64,000 nucleotides of DNA, taken from positions 10,368-74,367 of the forward strand of contig JBBIVQ010000005.1 in assembly GCA_037439645.1 (NCBI GenBank), read 5' to 3'. The stretch's first letter is position 1; every line of letters begins with the position of its first letter. Under the pieces are notes generated by a model. It did no database searches, was not told the origin of the DNA, and saw only the letters and a program-made list of their open reading frames with translations. A program made the position numbers and the translations under genes. This document shows positions 1 to 10,046 of the stretch, piece after piece. This DNA comes from Deltaproteobacteria bacterium (GTDB lineage Bacteria > Desulfobacterota > Deferrimicrobia > Deferrimicrobiales > Deferrimicrobiaceae).

Positions 1-1
1 C

Positions 2-301
2 GCGTGGGCCGCCGAAGGATACGACGGCGTCTACTTCCTCGCCGAGGCGATCCGGAAGGCCGGCTCGCTCGACACCGACAAGGTGATCGCGGCTCTCGAA
101 GGCCTGACGATCGATGCGCCTCGAGGGAAAGCGACCTTGCGGAAGGAAGACCACCAGCTCTCCAGCGATTTCATGGTCGGCGAAACCGTGTTCGACAAGG
201 CGTATCCGTTCGCCATCGTCGGAAAGACCGAGGTGTTCCACGCGGACAAGGTGCTCTACTCGATCGCCGATTGGAAGAAGGCGCAGGCGGGAAACAGGTA
301 A
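2..301 (+). CDS. ABC transporter substrate-binding protein, branched-chain amino acid (Liv) family, 3' part (5' end outside window)
   Basis: Open frame from the window edge: AWAAEGYDGVYFLAEAIRKAGSLDTDKVIAALEG, a typical LivJ-like C-terminus; followed by Liv permease and ATPases. Confidence 0.85.
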   Translation, partial: AWAAEGYDGVYFLAEAIRKAGSLDTDKVIAALEGLTIDAPRGKATLRKEDHQLSSDFMVGETVFDKAYPFAIVGKTEVFHADKVLYSIADWKKAQAGNR

Positions 302-320
302 TCAACGGGTAAGGAACTCC

Positions 321-347
321 GGGGGCCCGCCGCGAAGGCGGGCCCCC
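321..347 (+). terminator. GC-rich hairpin between binding-protein and permease genes (attenuator or mRNA stabiliser)
   Basis: gggggcccgcc-gcgaa-ggcgggccccc, 11-bp perfect stem followed by attt. Confidence 0.55.
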
Positions 348-372
348 ATTTCAATCGCCGGCGGCGGAGTCC

Positions 373-2304
373 ATGGACCTCTCCTTCTTGACCGTACAGG
401 TGTTGAGCGCCCTTCGGCAGGCGGCGTTCCTCTTCCTGATCTCCTCGGGGCTCACGCTGATCTTCGGCGTGCTGAACATCCTCAACTTCGCCCACGGCGC
501 GCTCTACATGCTCGGAGCCTACTTCGTCTACGCCCTGACGCTGCACCTGACGGGCCCGGCCGGGTTCCTGGCCGCGGTCCTGGCGGCGCCCCTCGGGGTC
601 GCGCTGATCGCCACCGTGATCGAGACCGGCCTGCTGCGCCGCATCTACGCGCAGGAGGAGATCTACCAGTTGCTCCTGACGTACGCGTTGGTGCTCATCA
701 TCGACGACCTGGCCAAGATCGTCTTCGGTCCGGAGTTCAAGTCGATCCCCAAGCCCGAGATGCTCTCCGGGTCGGTCGCCCTCTTCGGCGGGACCGTCCC
801 CGTTTACACCCTCCTCGTCGTCGTCCTGGCTCCGGCCGTGGCGCTCCTGCTCTGGTACCTGTTATACAAGACGAAGACGGGGAAAGTGGTTCGGGCGACC
901 TCTTCCGACCGGGAGATGGCGGACGCCCTCGGGATCAACATGTCGGCGCTGTTCACGCTGGTCTTCGCCTTCGGCGCGGTCCTGGCGGGGCTCGGCGGCG
1001 CGCTGGCCGGACCGGCGCGGACCGTGTTCCCCGGCGTGGGGACCGAGGTCATCATCGAGTCGTTCGTCGTGGTGGTGATCGGGGGGCTTGGGAACCTGTG
1101 GGGCGCCCTCATCGGGTCGGTCCTCATCGGCTCCCTCGAGACGATCGGGATCATCGTGTTCCCCGAATTCGAGATGTCCCTCATCTACCTGCTGATGGTG
1201 GTCGTGCTCGTCGTCCGTCCGTGGGGGCTGTTCGGACGCCCTTACAAGGTGAAGGCGCTCTCCGGGAAGAACCTGGCGATGGAAGCGCAGGAGATCTCGC
1301 CGGTCCATTTCTCCGTCCACCCGCTGCTCCGATGGGCGCCGGTTCTCCTGCTGCTCCTCGTCCCCCTCTTCGCGGGCCGGTTCTACCAGTACCTTCTGAC
1401 CCAGATCTTCATCGCCTCCCTGATGGCGATCGCGTTCAACCTGCTCCTCGGGACGACGGGGCTGCTCTCGTTCGGCCAGGCCGCGTTTTTCGGTGTCGGC
1501 GCCTACACGGTGGGGCTTCTCCTCACCAAGGGCGGGTTCGCGACGCTTCCCGCCCTCCTTCTGGCGCCGGTCGCCGCGGCCGCGGCGGCGGGCGTCATCG
1601 GGTTTTTCTGCATTCGCCTGTCGGGGGTGCACTTCGCCATGCTGACCCTGGCGTTTGGCCAGCTCATTTTCACGGTCGCCTACAAATGGTACGGCCTGAC
1701 GGGCGGCGACAACGGCATCCAGGGGATCCCCGTGACGCCGATCCCGCTCGGGGGCCTGGGCGCCCTCGACCTCGGCTCCACGCATGCGATGTACTACTTC
1801 GTGTTCGCGGTCGTGGCGGTGTCCGTCGAAATTCTCCGCCGGATACGCTCCTCGCCCTTCGGCGCGACGCTCAAGGCGATCCGGGAGAACGGCCAACGTG
1901 CCTCCTTCCTCGGCGTCAACGTCCACATCTACCGGTGGTCCGCGTTCGTCGTCGCGGGGGCCTTCACGGGGCTGGCCGGTGGGCTGTTCGCGATGATGGA
2001 GAAGGCGATCTCCCCGGAGATCATCCACTGGAGCAAGTCCTCCGAGCCGGTGTTCATGGCCATCATCGGCGGGATCTACTCCTTCGCGGGACCCGCGGTG
2101 GGGGCGGTCGTCTACGTCATCCTCAACTCGTACCTGGTCGCCTGGACCGAAAAATGGGCGCTGGTGCTCGGCCTGGTCCTGCTGACGCTGGTGCTGATCC
2201 TCCCGGGCGGTGTCGTGGGATTCGTGAACGAAAAGGGGCGTCACTTCCTCGGAAAGTTCGGGTGCCTGCGCAAATGGGCCTTCTCGAAGTCCGCAACGTC
2301 GTAA
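373..2304 (+). CDS. Fused LivH-LivM branched-chain amino acid ABC permease
   Basis: GLTLIFGVLNILNFAHG (LivH) and FNLLLGTTGLLSFGQAAFFGVGAY / AIREN (LivM) in one 643-aa ORF. Confidence 0.9.
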   Translation: MDLSFLTVQVLSALRQAAFLFLISSGLTLIFGVLNILNFAHGALYMLGAYFVYALTLHLTGPAGFLAAVLAAPLGVALIATVIETGLLRRIYAQEEIYQLLLTYALVLIIDDLAKIVFGPEFKSIPKPEMLSGSVALFGGTVPVYTLLVVVLAPAVALLLWYLLYKTKTGKVVRATSSDREMADALGINMSALFTLVFAFGAVLAGLGGALAGPARTVFPGVGTEVIIESFVVVVIGGLGNLWGALIGSVLIGSLETIGIIVFPEFEMSLIYLLMVVVLVVRPWGLFGRPYKVKALSGKNLAMEAQEISPVHFSVHPLLRWAPVLLLLLVPLFAGRFYQYLLTQIFIASLMAIAFNLLLGTTGLLSFGQAAFFGVGAYTVGLLLTKGGFATLPALLLAPVAAAAAAGVIGFFCIRLSGVHFAMLTLAFGQLIFTVAYKWYGLTGGDNGIQGIPVTPIPLGGLGALDLGSTHAMYYFVFAVVAVSVEILRRIRSSPFGATLKAIRENGQRASFLGVNVHIYRWSAFVVAGAFTGLAGGLFAMMEKAISPEIIHWSKSSEPVFMAIIGGIYSFAGPAVGAVVYVILNSYLVAWTEKWALVLGLVLLTLVLILPGGVVGFVNEKGRHFLGKFGCLRKWAFSKSATS

Positions 2305-3032
2305 AGTCGTTCGGAGGCCTTCGGGCGCTCCAGGACGTCACCCTTTCCGTGGCGCAGGGCGAGATCCGCGCGGTCATCGGTCCGAACGGGGCGGGCAAGT
2401 CGACGTTTTTCAACGTCATGACGGGACTGCTCCGTCCCGACTCGGGGACCGTCCTGTTCGAGGGAAAACCGATCACGGGGATGCCGCCCCACCGGATCAT
2501 CCGGAAGGGGATCGGCCGCTCCTTCCAGATCACCAACATCTTTCCGCGGATGTCGGTCTTCGAGAACGTCCAGGTGGCCCTTTTTTCGCATCACGGGACG
2601 GGCGGCAATCCTTTCTCGCCGGCGCGGAAATTCACGCACGTCGCCGGGGAGGCGCTGACCCTCCTCGACCAGGTGGGGCTGGCGGAGAAACCCGACGCGT
2701 CGGCCTCTCTCCTCTCGCACGGGGACCAGAAGCGGCTGGAGATCGCCATCTCCCTCGCGTCCCGCCCCAAACTTCTGATGCTCGACGAGCCCACCGCGGG
2801 AATGTCCCGGTTCGAGAGCCGGGAGACGGTCGCACTCCTGCGGAAAATATCGCGGGAGCAGGGGCTGACGCTCGTCTTTACCGAACACGACATGGACATC
2901 GTCTTCGCGATCTCGGAAAGGATCATGGTCCTCCAGCAGGGAACCGTGATCGCCGACGGGTCGCCGGCGGAGATCAAGGCGAACCCCGAAGTGCGCAAGG
3001 CGTACCTCGGGGAGGAAATCGCGGGGAGCTGA
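2274..3032 (+). CDS. livG: ABC transporter ATP-binding protein (LivG-like)
   Basis: GPNGAGKST, RSFQ, LSHGDQKRLE, LDEPTAG; likely start is ATG 2274 inside the long ORF 114..3032. Confidence 0.9.
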   Translation: MGLLEVRNVVKSFGGLRALQDVTLSVAQGEIRAVIGPNGAGKSTFFNVMTGLLRPDSGTVLFEGKPITGMPPHRIIRKGIGRSFQITNIFPRMSVFENVQVALFSHHGTGGNPFSPARKFTHVAGEALTLLDQVGLAEKPDASASLLSHGDQKRLEIAISLASRPKLLMLDEPTAGMSRFESRETVALLRKISREQGLTLVFTEHDMDIVFAISERIMVLQQGTVIADGSPAEIKANPEVRKAYLGEEIAGS

Positions 3033-3036
3033 TCCC

Positions 3037-3744
3037 ATGGCATTTCTCGATCTGAAGTCGATCAACACCTATTACGGCCGAAGCCACATCCTCTTCGACG
3101 TCTCCCTTTCGGTCGAAAAGGGGGAGGTGGTGAGCCTGATCGGCCGCAACGGAGCGGGGAAGAGCACCACGTTCCGCTCGATCATCGGGCTCACGCCGCC
3201 GCAGGACGGCGAGGTCCTCTTCAAGGGGGAGAGGATCTCCGGCCTGCGGGCCTTCCGGATCTGCCGGAAGGGGGTCGGCTTCGTCCCCGAGGACCGCCGA
3301 TGCTTTCCGGACCTGACGGTCCGTGACAACCTGGAGGTCGCCGCCAGGAGGGAGAAGGAGACCGTTTCGCCCTGGACCGTCGACCGGATCTACGCCCTTT
3401 TCCCGCGGCTGCGGGAGCGGGAGAAGAACCTCGGGAGCCAGCTGTCCGGCGGCGAGCAGCAGATGCTGACCATCGCCCGCACGCTGATGACGAACCCCGA
3501 GGTGCTCCTGCTCGACGAACCGTCGGAAGGGCTGGCGCCCCTGGTCGTATCCCTCCTCGCCGACATGATTCTGCGGATCCGCGAAGAGGGGGTGACGGTC
3601 CTCCTCGCGGAGCAGAACCTCCACTTCTGCGCCAAGGTCTCGGACCGCGCCTTCGTGATCGACAAGGGATCGGTCAAGTACGAGGGGACGATGAAGGAAC
3701 TTCTGGCCGACGACGGGATCAAGGAGAAGTACCTTGCCGTCTGA
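3037..3744 (+). CDS. livF: ABC transporter ATP-binding protein (LivF-like)
   Basis: GRNGAGKST, VPEDR, LSGGEQQML, LDEPSEGLAP. Confidence 0.92.
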   Translation: MAFLDLKSINTYYGRSHILFDVSLSVEKGEVVSLIGRNGAGKSTTFRSIIGLTPPQDGEVLFKGERISGLRAFRICRKGVGFVPEDRRCFPDLTVRDNLEVAARREKETVSPWTVDRIYALFPRLREREKNLGSQLSGGEQQMLTIARTLMTNPEVLLLDEPSEGLAPLVVSLLADMILRIREEGVTVLLAEQNLHFCAKVSDRAFVIDKGSVKYEGTMKELLADDGIKEKYLAV

Positions 3745-5017
3745 CCCGGGGGGATTCCGGGCGTTCGCGGAACGGGCATTCGATCCCGCGGCGATTCCGG
3801 GGAAGCCCGAGGCGCTGGCCGGGGTGCGTGTCCTCGAGGTCGCGACGCGGATCTTCGGGCCGGCCACCGCGGACTACCTCGGTCTCTTCGGCGCCGAGGT
3901 GATCAAGGTCGAGATGCCGCCCCGCGGCGACTTGATGCGGTACGTGGCCCCCGAGGGATTCTTCTGGAAGGAGGTGTCGCCCGCCTTCCTCCCGCTGAAC
4001 CGGAACAAGTACCACGTCGGGCTCGACCTGCACCCGGCCGAGGGGAAGGAGATCTTCCTGCGGCTCGCGGAGCGGTCCGACGTCGTCGTGGAAAACCTTC
4101 GCGCCGGCACGATGGACCGGTGGGGTGTCGGATACCTTCAGCTTCGTGAGCGGAACCGCCGGATCGTTTACGCCGCCAACTCGGGGTTCGGGCAGTGGGG
4201 ACCGTTCTCCGAAGGGCGGGCGTCGTACGACGCCACCGCGCAGGCCGTATCCGGCTTCTCCGCCGTCACGGGGTTTCCGGACCAGCCGCCGATGAAGGCC
4301 GGGTTCTGGGTCGGCGACTACACGGCGGCGTTGATGTCCGCCACCGCCATCCTCGCCGCGCTCGCCGCACGGCGGAAGACCGGGGAAGGGCAGATGATCG
4401 ACCTTTCCCAGGCGGAGGCGATGATCCGGACGCTGGACTGGACGTGGCCGTACGCCGGGGTGACGGGGAAGGACCGCGAACGGAACGGGAACGTCGATCC
4501 ATCGTACCCTCCTTCCGGCATCTACCGGTGCCGGGACGGGTTCGTGGCGGTTTCCGCCCGGGACGCGGACGAGCGGGCATGTCTCGCCCGCACGGTCGGC
4601 GCGCCAGAACCTCCGGAATTCCCGTTCCCGGCGCCGGAGCGGGTTGCGCGGTACTGCGCTTCCCGGACGGTCGACGAGATCGTTCGCGTCGCGGAAGAGG
4701 GCGGGTTTTCCGCGGCGCCGGTGCGCGGAGGGCGGGAACATTATCACGATCCGCATTTGCGGGCCCGGGGGACGGTCTGTTCGGTGGAAGATCCCCTCTA
4801 CGGCCGCGTCGACGAGTACGGTCCGGCGCCGAAGTTGTCCGAGAGCCCCGGAAGGGTCAAGGAATGCGCGAAACCCGTGGGGTGGCACAACGAGAAGGTC
4901 TTCGGGGAGATGCTCGGGATCACCGGGGAAGAGATGGAGGCGCTCGCACGAAAGAAGGTCATCGGGAAGTGGGCCGACCTTCCCGGCGCGCGGCCGCCGG
5001 GCGGAAGCGCTCCATGA
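3734..5017 (+). CDS. Family III CoA-transferase (CaiB/BaiF), catalytic subunit
   Basis: LAGVRVLE, GAEVIKVE, NRNK, VVVENLRAG, SGFGQWGP, catalytic Asp in VGDYTAA. Confidence 0.9.
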   Translation: MPSDPGGFRAFAERAFDPAAIPGKPEALAGVRVLEVATRIFGPATADYLGLFGAEVIKVEMPPRGDLMRYVAPEGFFWKEVSPAFLPLNRNKYHVGLDLHPAEGKEIFLRLAERSDVVVENLRAGTMDRWGVGYLQLRERNRRIVYAANSGFGQWGPFSEGRASYDATAQAVSGFSAVTGFPDQPPMKAGFWVGDYTAALMSATAILAALAARRKTGEGQMIDLSQAEAMIRTLDWTWPYAGVTGKDRERNGNVDPSYPPSGIYRCRDGFVAVSARDADERACLARTVGAPEPPEFPFPAPERVARYCASRTVDEIVRVAEEGGFSAAPVRGGREHYHDPHLRARGTVCSVEDPLYGRVDEYGPAPKLSESPGRVKECAKPVGWHNEKVFGEMLGITGEEMEALARKKVIGKWADLPGARPPGGSAP

Positions 5018-6333
5018 GCGGTTTCGCCGGGTGGGTGCGGGAGGCGACGGAGCCTTCGGCCGCGGCGGGGAAGCCCGAGGCGCTGGAGGGGATCCGGGTC
5101 TTCGAATTCTGCCCCGGGCACTTCGGCGGGATGGTGGCCGCCTCGGTCCTGGCGGAGTTCGGCGCCGAGGTGGTGAAGGTGGAGCCTCCCGGCGGCGACC
5201 CGCTCCGCCTCGTCGCGCCCGAGGGAATCCGGGTGGCGGGGACCGGGCTCCCCTTCCTCTCCGAGGCGCGCAACCGCCGCTTCGTCACCCTCGATGCCGG
5301 CGCCGCCGCCGGGCGGGACGTATTCCGGCGCCTTGCGCTCTCCGCGGACGTGATCGTCACGACGGAGCCGCCGGAGCGGATGGAGGCGATGGGGTGCGAT
5401 CACCCCTCCCTGCGGAGAGAACGGCCCGGGATCATCTCCCTCTCCCTCTCCACCTACGGCGCGTTCGGCCCCGACGCTTCGCGTCCTGTCCGTGACAGCG
5501 ACATCCTCTGCCAGTCGCTCTCCGGGGGGCCGCACATCGTCGGTGAACCGGAGCCTGAAGGCGGTGCCCCGCTACCGCACCAGGCTCCGACCCGTCTCGG
5601 GAACTGGCACGGCTCCTTCGTCCAGGGGCTGTGGGGAGCGTACGGAGTGCTCGCCGCGCTTCACTTCCGCGCGGAGACCGGGATGGGGCAGGCCGTGGAC
5701 GTATCGGGCGCCGAGTCGCTGATGATGTTCGCGGATTACAACATCACCTGGATGCACACGGGGGGGAAGGCGCGCGAGCGGGTCGGGAACTTCGACCCCG
5801 CCGTCTTTCCATACACGTACATCCGCTGCCGGGACGGCTACACCTTCATCGCCGCCTACAACGACGAGGCGTTCGACTCGCTGATGCACATTATCGGCCG
5901 CCCCGAATTGTCCCGGGATCCCCGCTTCTCCACGCCGAAGAACCGCGTGGCCCTCGGGAACGAGCGGGCGCTTCTTTCGATCATCGAGGAGTGGTCCGGA
6001 GACCGCACGGCCGACGAGATCCTTCGAGCCGTCGAGGAGTACACCTCGAAGCGCGGCGGCCCCGGGGCCGCCGTCGTGACGGGGCGGGTGAACCGGCCTC
6101 TCGAGACGCTGGCCGAGGACCACTGGCGGGAGCGGGGGTGCTTTCTGCGCGCGCGGGACCCCGTCTACGGCGAACTGCTGCTCGCCGCACCGCCGTGGAA
6201 GATGAGCGGGACCCCCGCCCGGTGGAAGTCGGGGTGCCGGCCCCCGGGATCGGACAACCGGGACGTGTACATCGGCATCCTCGGGATGACGGAAGGGGAG
6301 TATCGGCGGCTGGCGGACGCGGGAACGTTCTGA
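5014..6333 (+). CDS. Family III CoA-transferase (CaiB/BaiF), second subunit
   Basis: ALEGIRVFE, GAEVVKVEPPGGDPLR, ARNRR; ATGA overlap with the previous gene. Confidence 0.88.
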   Translation: MSGFAGWVREATEPSAAAGKPEALEGIRVFEFCPGHFGGMVAASVLAEFGAEVVKVEPPGGDPLRLVAPEGIRVAGTGLPFLSEARNRRFVTLDAGAAAGRDVFRRLALSADVIVTTEPPERMEAMGCDHPSLRRERPGIISLSLSTYGAFGPDASRPVRDSDILCQSLSGGPHIVGEPEPEGGAPLPHQAPTRLGNWHGSFVQGLWGAYGVLAALHFRAETGMGQAVDVSGAESLMMFADYNITWMHTGGKARERVGNFDPAVFPYTYIRCRDGYTFIAAYNDEAFDSLMHIIGRPELSRDPRFSTPKNRVALGNERALLSIIEEWSGDRTADEILRAVEEYTSKRGGPGAAVVTGRVNRPLETLAEDHWRERGCFLRARDPVYGELLLAAPPWKMSGTPARWKSGCRPPGSDNRDVYIGILGMTEGEYRRLADAGTF

Positions 6334-6597
6334 CGCGACGGGCCGGGGAAGGCAAGTCCCCCGGGGCGCAGGCAGGGACCCCGGGGGACCGTTCGAGTCG
6401 CCCGCGAACCGTTGGAGGGCGTGCGGGCAGTTGCCTCCCCGGGGAGGGGAGGCAGGCGTTGCCGTTGCTCTGTATTCATTCTTCGGAATTCCTTCGGAAG
6501 AACTTCAGGGAAATTTTCCCCGCCCGGCATGGACCGGTTCGCATCGCGTACCGCCGGCTGGTAGACTGATCCCGGCACCTTGCCTCCGGGAGATCCG

Positions 6598-8595
6598 TTG
6601 ACCGACCTGCCCCTGGTCCTTCGCGACCTTTCCATCGTCCTGGCGATCGCCACGGCGGTCGCGCTGCTGTTCGGGCGTCTCCATCTGTCCGTCGTCGCGG
6701 CGTTCCTGGTCGCCGGGGCCATCCTCGGGCCGACCGGGGCGGGGCTGGTGGCCGAGTCCGGGATGGTGGACGCCCTCGCCGAGATCGGCGTCGCCCTCCT
6801 TCTGTTCACCGTCGGCCTGGAGATCTCCCTCGCCAACCTGGGGAAGATGCGCCGGCAGATCGTGCAGAGCGGGGGGATCCAGCTCTTCGCCACGATCCTG
6901 CTCACCATGGCCGTCCTGTCCCTTGCGGGATTCCCCCTTGCGGAAGCGATCTTCACCGGGTTCGTCCTGTCCCTTTCGAGCACCGCGATCGTGCTGAAGG
7001 TGTACGCCGACCGGATGGAGATCGACAGCGGCCACGGGAAGATCTCCATCGGCATCCTGCTGTTCCAGGACATGGCCGTGATCCCGATGATGCTGCTCAT
7101 CCCGTCGTTCCGGCAGTGGGAGACGGCGCAATTCTCCGCCGTGGCGTTCACGCTGGCCAAGGCGGGCGTGGGCGTCGCCGTCATCCTGCTGGCGTCGCGC
7201 TTCGTGATCCCGCTCCTCCTGAAGGAAGTCATCCGGCTGAACAGCCGGGAGATCCTGGCGATGACGGTGATGTGCCTCATCCTCGGGACGGCGTGGATCG
7301 CCCGGTGGTGGGGGCTCTCCCTGGCGATGGGGGCGTTCCTCGCCGGATTGGTGATCTCCGAGTCGGAATACGTCCACGAGATCGCCGCCCAGATCTTCCC
7401 CTTCCGGGACGTCTTCAACGGCGTGTTCTTCATCTCCGTCGGGATGCTGCTCGACCTTCCGTTTCTCGCGCGCCACCTGCCGATGATCCTCCTCGTATCC
7501 GTCGCCGTCGTGGCGGCGAAGGGGATCTGCGCGGGCGCCGCGATCCGGGTCCTCCGTTACCCGTGGCGCATATCGGTGATCGGGGCGATCGGGCTCGCGC
7601 AGGTCGGGGAGTTCTCGTTCCTCCTGATGTCCGAGGGATTCCGGGACGCCCTGGTGGGCGCCGAGACCTACCAGTATCTGCTCGCAACGGCGATCCTGAC
7701 GATGGTGGCAACGCCGTTCCTGATGCGGGCGGCCCCGTCGGCCGCGAGATTCTTCGTCCGCCGCCTGGTCCGGAGCCCGGAACCCGACGACGCCGCGGAG
7801 GAACCGTCCGCGGCGGCGCGGGTCGAGAACCACGTGATCGTCTCCGGGTACGGGATGAACGGGAAGAACCTCGCCCGCGTGCTGCGCTCGACGCACGTCC
7901 CCTACGTCGTCGTCGACCTGAACGACGCGATGGTGCGGGAGGGCCGGGAAGCGAGGGAGCCGATCTTCTACGGGGACGTGAACAACCCGGAGATCCTCGA
8001 CCGGGTGGGGGTGGACCGCGCCCGGATGCTGGTGCTGGCCATCTCCGATCCGATGGCGACCCGTCGCGCCGTGGCGGTTGCCCGGAGGGCGAATCCGCGC
8101 CTCGTGATCCTGGTGCGGACGAGGTACGTGGCGGACGTGGACGACCTGATCGCACTGGGGGCGAACGCGGTCATCCCCGAGGAGTTCGAGACGTCGGTCG
8201 AGATCTTCTCCCGGGTCCTGCGGGAGTATCACGTTCCCGACCACATCATCGAGCAGCAGGAGGAACTGATCCGCAGCGGGACGTACCGGATCCTGCGGGA
8301 ACGGGTTCCGGCCAGGGGAGAGGCGCTCCTGGCGGAGTTTGAGACGTTCCTTCGTCAGAAGGTGATCGAGGTCTTCTTCGTCTCCCCGGACTCGCGGTGG
8401 GCGGGTCGTCCCCTGGGAGATCTTCCCGCCGGGAACGGCGCCGGGATCGTCCTCCTCGCCGTCCTCCGGCAGGACCGCGCGATCGTGCAGCCGTCCCCGG
8501 AGGAGACGATCCTGGCGGGCGACAAACTCGTCTTTTTCGGGGGTCACGGTCCTCTTGCGGCCGCACTCGAGGAACTGGCAAAGGGATCGCGGTAA
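6598..8595 (+). CDS. Kef-type monovalent cation:proton antiporter (CPA2) with TrkA-N and TrkA-C domains
   Basis: LAEIGVALLLFTVGLE, LSSTAIV, LLFQD, QVGEFSF, GYGMNG, YGD; start uncertain (6580 or 6598). Confidence 0.9.
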   Translation: MTDLPLVLRDLSIVLAIATAVALLFGRLHLSVVAAFLVAGAILGPTGAGLVAESGMVDALAEIGVALLLFTVGLEISLANLGKMRRQIVQSGGIQLFATILLTMAVLSLAGFPLAEAIFTGFVLSLSSTAIVLKVYADRMEIDSGHGKISIGILLFQDMAVIPMMLLIPSFRQWETAQFSAVAFTLAKAGVGVAVILLASRFVIPLLLKEVIRLNSREILAMTVMCLILGTAWIARWWGLSLAMGAFLAGLVISESEYVHEIAAQIFPFRDVFNGVFFISVGMLLDLPFLARHLPMILLVSVAVVAAKGICAGAAIRVLRYPWRISVIGAIGLAQVGEFSFLLMSEGFRDALVGAETYQYLLATAILTMVATPFLMRAAPSAARFFVRRLVRSPEPDDAAEEPSAAARVENHVIVSGYGMNGKNLARVLRSTHVPYVVVDLNDAMVREGREAREPIFYGDVNNPEILDRVGVDRARMLVLAISDPMATRRAVAVARRANPRLVILVRTRYVADVDDLIALGANAVIPEEFETSVEIFSRVLREYHVPDHIIEQQEELIRSGTYRILRERVPARGEALLAEFETFLRQKVIEVFFVSPDSRWAGRPLGDLPAGNGAGIVLLAVLRQDRAIVQPSPEETILAGDKLVFFGGHGPLAAALEELAKGSR

Positions 8596-8657
8596 AAATA
8601 AGGCACGGCCGGTGATAAGATCAGGATGTTCCCACTCCATCGGCCGGGAGGGCAACG

Positions 8658-9722
8658 ATGTCTTCTTCCCACTCCGCTCTTCGGACGTACGAGCGCGCCC
8701 TGAACCGCTACTTCGAAATCCCCGCCGCCGAACGGAAGTCCGGGGATCGGGAGAAGATCCTCAAGGCCCTCGGGATCCCGAACCCGCAGGAGTTCCTCGG
8801 CATGCACATCCCGCTCTGGGAAGCGAAGATCGACGAACTCCTCGACCCGACGAGCACGGACATGCTCCCGATCAGCATCGCCCACTCCTACGTCAACTGG
8901 GTGCGCGGCGCGATCCGGATGGTGCCGGCGGAGGCGCGGGTGAAGATCTTCACCTCGAAGTTCAAGGCGACCGGGCTGAAAAAGGCGATCTTGACGCTGC
9001 TCCAGGAGACGACGGGGGATTCGCCCCGGGACTTCGACGTCACCGAGGTCCTGCTGATCGAGAAAGTCCACAAGGACACGCTCTTCACGGCGCGTACGCC
9101 GGACGGAACGGAGCACGACATCTACCTGTCCCGCTTCGGCTGCATGGGGGAATACATCTACAGCGGCCTGCCGATCCTGGTGGGGCTGCCCGCCCTGCCG
9201 GCCGTTTACCACGTGACGCCGCAGGGGGAGGAGGTGCTCCTCAAACCGAAGGAGGAGGGGACCAACATCTACCACGACGAAGCGGTGACCCTCGCCCGGA
9301 TCAACCGCGACGGCGGGTGGTGGACGGCGGGCGCCGCCCGGCAGGACGCCCTGGGGGACTGCATCGGAACGGCGCTTCGGTACGGGCACTACGTCGCCAC
9401 CCCCAGGAAGGAAGTGGTGATGATCGACAACATCGAGCTGTTCCACCTGGAGGAGACCGACGTCCGGATCTTCGAACCGATCTACGAGTTCCTTCCGAAA
9501 AAGGCGTACCCGGATGACCGGGGAAAGCGGGAGCGGCTCCAGGAAAAATTGCGGCAGGAGTACGATGCGGCCTACGCCGGGCAGCGGGCGGTTATCCGGA
9601 AAGCGTGGCCCGAAATCGAACGGTACCTGGTCGAGAGGCGCCGTAATATCCACGCGTATGCCGGCGAGGTGTTCGAAACGGTGATGACCCGCGTCAAGGC
9701 CCAGGTGTTTCCCGGGGAGTAG
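8658..9722 (+). CDS. Hypothetical protein, possible degenerate HipA/PI3K-like kinase fold
   Basis: 354-aa ORF with RBS (gggagg) and host-like codon usage; no certain family. Confidence 0.7.
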   Translation: MSSSHSALRTYERALNRYFEIPAAERKSGDREKILKALGIPNPQEFLGMHIPLWEAKIDELLDPTSTDMLPISIAHSYVNWVRGAIRMVPAEARVKIFTSKFKATGLKKAILTLLQETTGDSPRDFDVTEVLLIEKVHKDTLFTARTPDGTEHDIYLSRFGCMGEYIYSGLPILVGLPALPAVYHVTPQGEEVLLKPKEEGTNIYHDEAVTLARINRDGGWWTAGAARQDALGDCIGTALRYGHYVATPRKEVVMIDNIELFHLEETDVRIFEPIYEFLPKKAYPDDRGKRERLQEKLRQEYDAAYAGQRAVIRKAWPEIERYLVERRRNIHAYAGEVFETVMTRVKAQVFPGE

Positions 9723-9972
9723 CGCGGCTCCATGCGATGAACGCGCGCTCGACCAGGTAGAACCCCGCGGGCAACGCGGAGGCCATGACGATCGCCTTCA
9801 CGCCGAGCCGCACGGCCGGCGAAGCGACGCCCAGCAGCTCCAGAGCGAAGTCCGCGAGCACGGCTCCCGCGGAAACCGCACCCAACGATCCGAGCACGAG
9901 CGCAACCCCCAGCAGCAGGCGCGAACCAGGTCGTTTCCGCCGCCCTCCCGTCATTCTTCCATGGTCCTCCAT
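9694..9972 (-). CDS. Small hypothetical membrane protein
   Basis: Two hydrophobic segments; start uncertain. Confidence 0.4.
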   Translation of the reverse strand: MEDHGRMTGGRRKRPGSRLLLGVALVLGSLGAVSAGAVLADFALELLGVASPAVRLGVKAIVMASALPAGFYLVERAFIAWSRATPRETPGP

Positions 9973-10046
9973 CGCGGGCACATCCGATGTTTTCTCCGTG
10001 AGTCTGGGATTATACATGCCCTCCCGGGGAAATCTTCCTCCGCTCC

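Noticed and set aside
114-2273. N-terminal 720 aa of the 972-aa ORF 114..3032
   Set aside because: Arg/Gly/Pro-rich off-frame shadow of the permease gene; only the part from ATG 2274 (LivG) looks real
6334-6580. Possible small ORF or ncRNA in the intergenic region with short hairpins
   Set aside because: No recognisable motif, RBS-supported ORF or known RNA fold
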